From the human T2T-CHM13v2.0 reference genome, Homo sapiens: a stretch of 64,000 nucleotides of DNA. Every line of letters begins with the position of its first letter. Position 1 is the first letter of the stretch. Shown one piece after another: positions 1 to 10,256 of the stretch. The notes beneath the pieces were generated by a model that was given only the letters and a program-made list of their open reading frames with translations, was not told the DNA's origin and ran no database searches. Where the stretch lies: contig CP068257.2 in assembly GCA_009914755.4 (NCBI GenBank), positions 15,968,001 through 16,032,000 of the forward strand, read 5' to 3'. The translations under genes and the position numbers were made by a program.

Positions 1-420
1 CGGGATCGGCTCGCGCGCCTGAGGGGCGGTGCCGGGGGCGGGGCTTCGCCGCGAGGCCACCCCCGAGCCCCGGGCCTAGCCGCACGGGAGGCGACACACC
101 CTCGCCCTACCCTGAGCCTGGCGCAGACCCTCGACCGCGACGGCGCGGTCCGCAGAACCGCGGGCTTCCCTCCCCGGCAAAAAGCGGCGCTGAAGGCCTG
201 TGGGACCCCCGCCCGGCCGCCCTACGTGCGTCAGCGCCTTCGGGGGTCGCGCGGGCTTGGTCCTTTCGGCTGTCTCGGCCTTTTTGTTTCCCCCTCAGGT
301 CTCTCCACGCTGCACTTGACACCCTCAGGGCGGAATGGCGAGTTCTAGACCCAGCTCTCTAGACCCGGGGCTTCATGGGGGACACGGACTCGACGGGAAG
401 GGGAACTTGGCATTTATGGA
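1..420. promoter_or_regulatory. CpG island / probable promoter region, truncated by the window start
   Basis: Direct count: 41 CpG dinucleotides in the first 280 nt. Very high G+C. GC-box motifs (gaggggcgg at ~21-29, gggggcgggg at ~34-43). The sequence turns AT-rich after ~450. Confidence 0.7.
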
Positions 421-1478
421 CAGATCCTCATCCTTCTTGCTGTAGTCAATTACACGCACGTTAACCGTGCAGCCGCCCTGCTGTATTTTAGGCGGTTGTT
501 GGCACTCCTAGTTGGGCCCTTCCCTGGCCCCTCACAGCAGGGCCTGCCTCCTGTGGACGCTTGTGTGCTGCCCTGGCACCGGCCACTGTGTTTTGCATAA
601 AGGAGAGGCTCCAAAGATGTTGGCCAAAGGAATGAAGCCTTGAGAGTCCAGGCTTTCTATTTCTGAGACACTCTACTCAAGGACTTCCCAGATGCAAAGC
701 TTCATCTTTGAGCAAATACAAATATGGAGAGGGAACATTAACTTTCTGAAGAAAAGAAGGAACATCTTTTCAACCTTTTATATTGAGTTAACACCATGGT
801 CTTAGTTTTGTGAAAGCACTTTAATACATCCAACTAGCGGGAGGAATACAAGATATTCCTACCTTTTTATTATTATTATTAAAAGAGGGCTAAACCATGT
901 TGTAAACTACTTAAGAACTGAATGTTCAAGTTGTACAGTATATTGGCCAGATTCCTTACTGCCCACTAGGCTTGGGAGCATGTTTTCAGCTCAGTTTTAT
1001 GAATGTTTTAAATTTGTATTACTGATCTTTGTTATAGCCAATTAGCAATTCAAAATGGTAATTTTTTTAGCAGTAATAAATATACCATCCCCCAAACAGT
1101 ACAATAAACTTTATTTGTAAAAAAAAAAAAATTATACTCTTCTAGGACTTAGTCTACTTACTGGTACATTTAAAGAGGATATTTACACCTTGGAGTCTTC
1201 TAGGAGGTGTGAAGGTGTTTTTATTTTAAAATCATAACAATCTGATGAGGTTATTTTTACAGATAAAGGCCTTTAATTCTGCAGTTTCATAAAATAGCTA
1301 GGTAACCACCCACATTACTCAAAATTTGTCCAGAAATTTCTATAGTTTAGGATTAGTATTTTGTGTAGTATTTATAAATCTGTGGTCCACATTTTCCAGT
1401 CTTAGAGCAGTACCATATTCAAAAAATACAGGCAAGAACCTGAAACCCAATTTCAAAATGACTTTTAAAAAATTCTCA

Positions 1479-1775
1479 GGCTGGGCACTGTAGCTCATGC
1501 CTGTAATCCAGTACTTTGGGAGGTCAAGGAGAGAGGATCATTTGACTCCAGGAGTTCAAGACCAACCTGGCCAACATCATGAAACCCAATCTCTACAAAA
1601 AATACACAAATTAGCCAGGTGTGGTTGCATGCAGCTGTAGTCTCAGATACTCTGAAGGCTGGGGTGAGAGGATCACCTGAGCCCAGGAAATTGAGGCTGC
1701 AGTGAGCTATGATAACATCATGGCACTCCAGCCTGGGTGACAGAGCAAGACTCTGTCTAAAAAAAGAAAAAAAAA
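1479..1775 (+). mobile_element. Alu SINE, full length, with 11-bp TSD 'aaaaattctca'
   Basis: Starts ggctgggcactgtagctcatgcctgtaatcc and ends in an A-rich tail. The direct repeat aaaaattctca flanks both sides (1466-1476 and 1776-1786). Confidence 0.9.
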
Positions 1776-2034
1776 TTCTCATAGCTGAACACTGTGAAAT
1801 AGACACATAGCAAACAATGTCTCTTAAACACTTTTTCTCTCATCCACTTCCCTTGCACACACAGTATTTGTTTTTATGTCTCTTTCAAAACTTGCCCTAC
1901 TCTTGTGTGCTTCAGATGCTTTGCCCCAGCTCTCTTTCCTTGTGAGTTGGAATCACAAAATCACAAATGAATTGGTATGGCAAGGCAGAGCCCTCCTCTT
2001 TATGGGACTGAAAGAGGAGAGCTGCTATAAACTA

Positions 2035-2382
2035 AATGTTTGTGTCCCTCGCAATATTCGTATGTTGGAGACTAAATCCCCAATGTGATGGTATTTGGAG
2101 GTGGGGCCTTTGGGAGACACTTAGGTCATGAGGGTGGAACCTTCATGAATGGAATTAGTGCCCTTGTAAGTGGAAACATGAGAGAGATGATCACTCTGTC
2201 TGCTCTCTTGCCAAGTGAGGATATAGGGAGAAGACAGCAAACCAGAAAGCATACCTTCACCAGACACTGGATCTGCTGGTACCTTGATCTTTAACTTCCC
2301 TACCTCCAAACTGTGAGAAATTTCTGTTGTTTAAGCCACACAGTCTATAGTATTCTGTTATAGCATCCTGGAATAAGACAGG
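2035..2382 (+). mobile_element. MaLR solo LTR, MLT1-type
   Basis: Matches the MLT1 consensus as I recall it: ...ccccaatgtgatggtatttggaggtggggcctttgggag...gtgagaaatttctgttgtttaagccacacagtctatagtattctgttatagca. Confidence 0.55.
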
Positions 2383-2405
2383 AGCAGAGCTGATGTAAAT
2401 AATTA

Positions 2406-2675
2406 CAGTAGTTCCCCCTTATCCACGGTAGGATATGTTCCAGGATCCCCAGTGGATGTCTGAAACTGCACATGGTACCAAACCCTATGTATAATTTATA
2501 AATTAGGAACAGTAAGAGATTAACAATAATTATAATAACAGAACAATTATTATAGTACACTGTAATAAAAGTTATGTGAATGTATGCTCGCTCTCTCTCA
2601 AAATATCTTATTGTACTGTACCACTGGTAACTAAAACTGGTGAAAATGAAACCAGGGATAAGAGGGAACTACTAT
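2406..2675. mobile_element. Nonautonomous pogo/Tigger-like DNA transposon (MITE), ~270 bp, terminal inverted repeats with flanking TA
   Basis: Left end cagtagttcccccttatccacgg and right end gggataagagggaactact are inverted complements. There is no coding capacity. TA dinucleotides flank both ends. Confidence 0.5.
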
Positions 2676-2957
2676 ACTCATTAATATGTATTTCCATTTC
2701 ACAGCTAACTTTAAGATATTCACTTCTATTGTGTGTTAATGGTGTAGTTTGCTTTTAGCACAAGTGGTTTCTTATGAAAATGAGCCACTCTAATATGTCT
2801 AGGGCTTTATAATCACAGGAATCATCACACACATCCTGTGGTTGTGTCTCAGAGTTGCAGAGAATGCAACTTAGAATCAACAAAATCTGTGAAATAGCTT
2901 TCAAAATTAGGACTTATTTTCACTAAATATGTGAGTCTTTAAAATCCTTTGAACTCA

Positions 2958-3596
<639 letters not shown>

Positions 3597-4314
3597 AAAA
3601 CAGTCACTTTTATAATGGACATGGAGGATTTTGTGTTATGTTAGTTGCATTAGCTATGTAGAGAAACTGGTATGTAACATAGAGGATGTTACGTTACATA
3701 GCATATGTTACATTATGCTATGTAACATCAAGGAAAAGTGTGTGCAGCCTTCTGGGGCCTTTGGAGGTCCAGCAAGTAAGATCTGAGACTATAATTTTAA
3801 GAACACTTCAACACATTTCTTCAAAAATTTCCAGAACTTAGCCATGTAACTAAATTAAAAAAGACTAAATCTACTTCTCTTGCATTAGCTTCTTAAATAT
3901 CCATAAAGCAGCAGTGATTAAAGTATAAGCATAAAGAAAATTTGCAATCTTCATTATTTTCTCCGTTACATCATGCCATAAAACTGACTTCCAAAAGTCA
4001 AAACACAAACTCTCTTGATGAATGAGGCAATGGAAACTGGGCACACCAACCTCCTATTTTGAGTTGCATTAACTGTGGAAACTTTCCTCCCTACCTCAAA
4101 GAGGCCTCAAACTTGGCTCATCTTTTTCAGAAGAAAATGCTTTGATCAAACTTTTCATATTATTGTTTGGTAATTGGTTAGGATTTATGTGAACTAGGTT
4201 AGGGTGATGTATAAGTTATGACACTCAAGTGGGCCAGACACTCTATGCTTAGGTAGAACTTCATATTGGAAATCCCTGGAGTAAAATTTCCCAGCTTGGC
4301 AGGAGAGGTGCCAT

Positions 4315-4342
4315 TATTGTTGTTGTTGTTGTTGTTGTTTGG
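4315..4342. repeat. (TTG)n microsatellite, ~9 units
   Basis: attgttgttgttgttgttgttgttgtttgg. This explains the poly-Asn run in the minus-strand ORF 4199-4402. Confidence 0.9.
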
Positions 4343-4403
4343 CAATACTCTCCTATTCTCCATGCCAGCAGAGAAACTGACTTTTATTAGTGAGTAATGC
4401 ATA

Positions 4404-4468
4404 AACTCCTATCTTTATTTTAGTATATGTGCTGCCGAAGCGAGCACAACTCCTATCTTTATTTTAGT
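4404..4468. repeat. 21-bp direct repeat 'aactcctatctttattttagt' (4404-4424 and 4448-4468) bracketing the 23-nt U6-derived insert
   Basis: Two perfect copies are separated by atatgtgctgccgaagcgagcac. The last 8 nt of the repeat (attttagt) also match U6 nt 24-31. Confidence 0.85.
4417..4447 (-). ncRNA. U6 snRNA 5' fragment (nt 1-31, antisense on + strand). A patch insertion, not a functional gene
   Basis: The + strand attttagtatatgtgctgccgaagcgagcac is the exact reverse complement of U6 nt 1-31 (GTGCTCGCTTCGGCAGCACATATACTAAAAT). There is no downstream U6 body, no pol III terminator and no poly-A. Confidence 0.6.
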
Positions 4469-5085
4469 GCAACAAAATTAAGAATATAATAAGAATATAG
4501 GTATTCCGGCATACCTCGGAGATATTGCGAGTTCAGTTCCAAACCACCACAATTAAGTGAATATTGCAATAATGCAAGTCACACACTTTTTGATTTCCTG
4601 TGCCTATTAAAGTTATGTTTACACTATTTGTAGTCTATTAAGTGTGCAGTAGCATTGTGTCTAAAAAGTACTTAATTAAAAAATATTTTATTGCCAAAAA
4701 TGCTAATGATCATCTGAGCCTTCAGGGAGTCCTAATCTCTCTGCTGGTTGAGGTCTTGCCTCGATGCTGGTGACTGCTAACTGATCAGTGTGGCGGGTGA
4801 TGAAGGTCGGGGTGGCTGTGGCAATTAAAAAAAATAAGACAGTAATAAAGTTTGCTCCATTGATTGACTCTCCTTTTCATGAAAGATTTCTCTGGTAGCT
4901 TGTGATGTTGTTTGGTAGCATTTTACTCACCGTAGAACTTCTTTCAAAATGCAAGTCCATCTTCTCAAACCCTGCTGCTGCTTTATCACTAAGTTTATGT
5001 AATATTCTAAATTCTATGTTGTCATTTCAACAATGTTCGTAGCATCTTCACTAAGAGTAGATTTTATCTCAAAACACCATTTTGT

Positions 5086-5215
5086 AGCCAGGCACCGTGG
5101 CTCACACCTGTAATCCTAGCAACTTGGGAGGGATTGCTTGAGTCCAAGGAGTTAAAGGCTGCAGTAAGCCTTGATCGCAGCACTGCACTTCAGCCTGGGC
5201 AACAGGAGACACTCC
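5086..5215 (+). mobile_element. Alu-derived fragment (internally deleted / FLAM-like) nested in Tigger1
   Basis: gccaggcaccgtggctcacacctgtaatcctagcaacttgggagg...gcagtaagccttgatcgcagcactgcacttcagcctgggcaacagga. Confidence 0.65.
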
Positions 5216-5540
5216 TCATTCATTCAAATTTTATCATTAAATTACAGCAATTCAGCCACATCTTCAGGGTCCACTTCTAATTCTAATTCTCTTGCTATTT
5301 CTACCCCATCTGCAGTTACTTCCTCCACTGAATTCTTGAATCCCTCAAAGTCATTCATGATAGTTGGAATCGGCTTCTTCCAAACTTCTATTAATGTTGA
5401 TATTTTACCTTTCTCCTGTGAATTGCGAATGTTTCTAATGGCATCTACAATAGTAAATCCTTTCCCTAGGTTTTCAATTTACTTCGCTCAGAGCCATCAG
5501 AGAAATCACTACCTATGGCAGCTATAGCCTTATAAATATA

Positions 5541-5850
5541 TTTCTTTTTCTTTTCTTTTTTTTTGGAGGCGGGGATGGAATCTTGCTCTGTCGCCCAGGC
5601 TGGAGTGCAATGACACAATCTTGGCTCACTGCAACCTTTGCCTCCTGGTTAAAGCAATTCTCTGGCCTCAGCCTCCCAAGTAGCTGGGATTACAGGCATG
5701 CACCACCACGCCCGGCTAATTTTTGTATTTTTAGAAGAGACAGGGTTTCACCATGTTAGCCAGGCTGGTCTCAAACTCCTGACTTCATGATCCACCCGCC
5801 TTGGCCTCACAAAGTGCTAGGATTACAAGCATGAGCCACCACTCCTGGCC
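5541..5850 (-). mobile_element. Alu SINE nested in Tigger1, minus strand
   Basis: A T-rich leader then ggaggcggggatggaatcttgctctgtcgcccaggctggagtgcaatgacacaatcttggctcactgc... It ends at ...gagccaccactcctggcc. The flanking Tigger1 sequence a(t/a)atatttctt is duplicated. Confidence 0.9.
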
Positions 5851-6249
5851 ATGAATGTATTTCTTAAATAATAAGACTTGAAATTCTAACTTATCCCTTG
5901 ATCCATGGGCTGCACAATAGATGTTGTGTTAGAGGGCATGAAACAACACTAATCTCCTTGTAGATATCCATCAGAGCTCTTGGGTGACTAGGTAAATTGT
6001 CAATGAGCAGTAATATTTTAAGAGGAATATTTTTTTCTGAGCAATAAGTCACTTAAGTAGGCTTACAATATTCAGTAAACCATGCTGTAAACAGATGTGC
6101 TGTCATCTAGGCTTTGTTGTTTTATTTCTAGAACATAAGCAGAGAAGATTTGGCATAATTCTTAAGGGCCCTAGGGTTTTCAGAATGGTAAATGACCACT
6201 GACTTCAACTTAAAGTCACCAGCTGCATTATCCCCTATTAAGAGAGTTA

Positions 6250-6626
6250 GCCAGGCTGGGCGCAATGCCTCAAGCCTGTAATCCCAACACTTTGGAAAGT
6301 TGAGGTGGGTGGATCATGTAAAACCAGGAGTTCAAGACCCACATGGCGTTCAAGGAGTTCAAGACCAGGAGTTCAAGACCAACAGGAGTTCATGGCTAAC
6401 ATGGCAAAACCCTGTCTCTACTAAAAATACAAAATACAAAATTAAAATACAAAATTTAGCTGGGCATGGTGATGCATGCCTGTAATCCCAGCTACACAGG
6501 GGGCTGAGGCAGGAGAATCGCTTGAGCCTGGGAGGCAGAGGTTTCAGTGAGCCAAGATGGTGCCATTGTACTCCAGTCTGGCAGCCTGGGCATCAGAGCA
6601 AGGCTCTGTTTCAAAAAAAAAAAAAA
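6250..6626 (+). mobile_element. Alu SINE nested in Tigger1, with internal tandem expansions
   Basis: gccaggctgggcgcaatgcctcaagcctgtaatcccaacac... It contains four tandem copies of caggagttcaagacc-like units and an expanded aaaatacaaaa linker. A poly-A tail follows. Confidence 0.85.
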
Positions 6627-6713
6627 GAGAGAGATTCAGGCTATACTTTGAAGATCTGAAGTGAGGCATTGACTTCTCTCCAGTTATGAAGGCCTAGATG
6701 GCGTCTGCTTCCA

Positions 6714-7022
6714 TTATAAGGTTGCTTTGTCTCCATTGAAAATCTGCTGTTTAGTGTAGTCACCTTCAACCATGTTCTTAGCTAGATCTTCTGGATAAAT
6801 TGCTTCAGTTTCTCTATCAGCATTTACTGCTTCGCCTTGCACTTTTATGTTATGGAGATGGCTTTTTTCCATAAACCTCATGGACCAACCTCTGATAGCT
6901 TCCAACTTTTCATCTGCAACTGCCTCACCTCTCTCAGCCTTGGTAGAATTGAAGAGAGTTAGGGGCTTGCTCTGGATTAGGCTTTGGCATAAGGGAATGT
7001 TGTGGCTGGTTTGATCTTCCAT
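6714..7022 (-). pseudogene. Tigger1 pogo-like transposase remnant (102-aa ORF)
   Basis: The translation ...[89 protein letters not shown]... matches the Tigger1/CENP-B-like transposase. Elsewhere the frame is disrupted by Alu insertions. Confidence 0.7.
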
Positions 7023-7767
7023 CCAGAGACTAAAACTTTCTCCATATCAGCAATATCATGCTATCTTATCATTCATGTATTCCCTGGAGCAGCACTTTTA
7101 ATTTCCTTCAAGAACTTTTCTTTTGTATTCACAACTTGGCTGACGAGTTGGCACAAGAGCCCTACCTTTCAGCCTGTCTCGACTGACTTTTGCCATCCAC
7201 GCTAAACTTAATCATCTCTAGCTCTTGATTTAAAATGAGAGATGTGTGACTCTTTTTTTCACTTGAACATTTGGAGGCCATTGTAGGGTTATTAATTGGC
7301 CTAATTTCAATGTTGTTGTGTCTCAGAAATGGAGAAGCCCAAGGAGAGAGAGACAGTGGAATGGCAAAGGTCAGTAGAGCAGTCAGAACACATGTAACAT
7401 TTATCTATTAAGTTAACTGTCTTGTATGGGTGTGGTTCATGGCACCTCATAACAATCAAAATAGTAACATCAAAGATCACTGATCACAAATCACCTTAAC
7501 AGATATATTAATTTTGAAAAAGTTTGAAGTATTGTGAGAATTACCAAAATGTGACACAGAGACACAAAGTGATCACAAGCTGTTGGAAAAATGATGCTTA
7601 AACACTTGCTTGACACAAGATTGCCAAAATCTTCAATTTGTAAAAAAACATGCAATATCTGCAAGTTCCAGTTAAGTGAAGGGCAATAAAGCTAGATATG
7701 CCAGCATTCAATTAGCAAAAGGTTCAGAAATAACGTAAAAAAAAAACTGCTTGAAATACAACTTTAT

Positions 7768-8210
7768 TAATCAGGGTCCTCTAGAGTCAGAACCAATAGG
7801 AGGCACAGAGAGAAAATAAATAAATAATTTTAAAAGAAAAAAGACAGAGAGGAGAGATTTATTTTAAACAATTGGCTCATGCAACTGTGGGAGCTAGCAA
7901 GTTCGAAATCTACAGGGCAAGCTGGCAGGCTGGTAACTCAGGCAAGAGTTGAAGTTATAGTCTTAAACCCAAAATCCACTGGCAAGATTTTTATGTTATG
8001 GTTTTGAGGCAGAATTTCTTCTCTAAAAAACCTCAGTTTTTGCTCTTAAAATGTTCAAATGATTGATATCCACCCACATTATTCAGGATAATCTTCTTTA
8101 CTTAAAGTCAACTGAGTATAAATATTAAGCACATTCACATCTAGCAATCTGGATGTGGGCACCATAGCTTAGCCAAGTTGACGCATACAATCAACCATCA
8201 CAACAACCTT
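7768..8210 (+). mobile_element. ERVL-class solo LTR (LTR16-like; family assignment tentative)
   Basis: Signature ...tcagggtcctctagagtcagaaccaatagg...attggctcatgcaactgtgggagctagcaagttcgaaatctacagggcaagctggcagg...agccaagttgacgcatacaatcaaccatcaca. It is the same family as 15228-16084. Confidence 0.4.
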
Positions 8211-8540
8211 CATTCAATAGCATTTTCTTACAGGCATGATGATAAATAGGTTTTAAAACATAAATCCCCTAGTGAACCACATAAAGCATGCTTTTATTAA
8301 GAAAACAAATTACCTTGCTTTTATTTTTCTTTGCTCTTTTCAGTCAGTTGTGTGGTAGTGAGGATGGGGTGGGGACGGGGGAAGGAGGATTGGATGTCTG
8401 TTTTCAGGAGCATCTGCAGCATAACCATGTCAAATATTTGTGCTAGAGCATTGGGAACAGTGCACACATTAGAAAGGATCAAAAGGAAATAATAAATTGC
8501 TCACAATACAGTCAAAGATACTGCTATAAATTAATGTGAC

Positions 8541-8875
8541 CCCTGCAAAATTCAGGTGTTGCTGATGCTATCAACAGTACCAAGAGATGGGACCTTTAGA
8601 AGGTAATTAGGCCATGAGGGCTCCTCTCTCATGAACAGGATTAGGTGCCTTTATAAAAGGGCTTGATGGAGGCTCTTCATCCCACTTGCCTTCAGCCATG
8701 TGAGGACACATCCTTCCTCTTCTCTAGAGGACGCATCTCTCACCAGATAATAGAACCTGCTGGCAACTTGATCTTGGCCTTCCCAGTCTCCAGAACTGTG
8801 AGAAATAAATTTCTGTTATTCATAAATTACCCAGTTCCAAGTATTTTGTTGTAGCAGCACAAACAGACTAAGACA
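8541..8875 (+). mobile_element. MaLR solo LTR, MLT1-type
   Basis: ...gggacctttagaaggtaattaggccatgagggctcc...gccatgtgaggacaca...ccagaactgtgagaaataaatttctgttattcataaattacccagttcc...agcacaaacagactaagaca. Confidence 0.6.
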
Positions 8876-10024
8876 TATGTGAGCAATCTACTTTACACAT
8901 TACAAGTTGTATTATGAATTAAATACCGCATAAAAGTATAAAGACAATAATGGTGTAGGTATATAAAAGGGTTTGTATGTGGTTGGGCTCCCAGCTGAAA
9001 GGAAGTTTCACAGGCTTATGAGGGCATCATTGCAAACCTTCTTTGTAATTTTCTGATACAGACTGGTAGAAAGGGAGAAGGCATAAACATAAAGGAATTG
9101 CCTCTGAGGCAGAGTCACTCCTTTAATACAGGCAACATCAGTTGCACCACAGAGATGGCTAGAATTAATCAGATTCACACAGCAAGTCCTGACACTTGAT
9201 GGCTTAATTAGGGTGATTACGGGTAGGCTTTTAAAATTCTGCTTTGTCAGCAGATGACCCAATAAAATGTTACCGTAAAGAGCTTGTTCCCACCCCACCC
9301 CAGCCCAGGAGGAGCTCAAAACCTGGACTGTAGTTAGTATATTAATAATGTTTGTGATGTGGTTGGCAAAATATTTTGTAATGATGTGCTTATAAAAGTT
9401 GCTTTAGGAGGTAATGGCAGCAGGTCAGGTTTTTCTTTACCTTGTAGGAAGTTACAGCTAACTCTTTTTGTGATACAAAAAGACATGTCTATACCTATAT
9501 ATAATGCATATATGTATATGCTTTATTTCAGGGGGGCATGAAAAGAGATTTATGACAGAACATTTTTGTCAGTGTTTTTATCCTAGCTTGATGTGCTCAC
9601 AAATAACTGGTTTTTTTTCCAGAAGGAAATAACTAATAAACTATGATGTGTATCATTAGCAACAACCAAAACACAATGGAGGTATTATGTATAGAAGGAG
9701 AGTAGAACGAAGTTGTTAGATTGGTGACTCTATTTTGTTTTGTTTTTGTTTGTAATTGTAGACTTGTAAATATTGAACTATCATGGAGCTGAAGAACGAA
9801 TAGGAGAGAATAATTCTTCTCACTGAATGTTCAACATAAATATAATATAAAAAGGTGCACCATTCTAAGACACTAAAATGTTTCAGAGCAACAACTATTG
9901 GGAGAATATATTCACTAGTCCTTCAATATGGGTGTGTAGCTTATGCTAATTTCACTGGGGATCCTCAAGTATATAATCTGTTTAATTTGGAATATCTAAA
10001 ATTAAGTGATGACTCTTTTTTTTT

Positions 10025-10256
10025 GAGACAGGGTCTTGCTGTGTCACCCACCTCAAGCAATCCTCCCACCTCAGCCTCCTGAGTAGCTGGGACAACATGC
10101 ATGTGCCATCATGCGCAGCTAATTTTTGTATTTTTTTATAGAGATGGGGTTTCACCATGTTGCCCAGGCTGTTCCTGAACTCCTGGGCTCAAGCCATCCA
10201 CCCACCTTGGCCTCTCAAAGTACTGAGATTTACAGGTGTGAGCCACTACACCCAGC
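10025..10256 (-). mobile_element. Alu SINE, minus strand, internally deleted, with a perfect TSD of about 14 bp, 'agtgatgactcttt'
   Basis: Poly-T then gagacagggtcttgctgtgtcacccacctcaagc... It ends at ...gagccactacacccagcc. The direct repeat agtgatgactcttt sits immediately before the poly-T and again immediately after the Alu 5' end. Confidence 0.85.

Larger units (their letters stand above)
4508..7704 (-). mobile_element. Tigger1 (pogo/Tc1-mariner superfamily) DNA transposon, near full length, minus orientation, interrupted by three Alu insertions
   Basis: Terminal sequence ccggcatacctcggagatattgcgagttcagttccaaaccaccacaattaag at 4508. The other end, ...caatttgtaaaaaaacatgcaatatctgcaagt...gatatgcc, is at ~7704. 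The internal sequence is colinear with the Tigger1 consensus as I recall it. Confidence 0.8.

Noticed and set aside
107-322. 71-aa minus-strand ORF inside the CpG island (Arg/Gly/Pro/Ala-rich)
   Set aside because: GC-rich sequence lacks stop codons in several frames. The composition is typical of an out-of-frame or antisense reading of a CpG island, and there is no domain similarity.
4199-4402. Minus-strand ORF with a run of nine Asn
   Set aside because: It is the translation of the (TTG)n/(CAA)n microsatellite at 4315-4342, not a poly-Asn protein.
5171-5527. 118-aa plus-strand ORF
   Set aside because: It lies on the antisense strand of the Tigger1 transposase region. The Tigger1 element is minus-oriented, and its real coding remnant is the minus-strand ORF 6714-7022.
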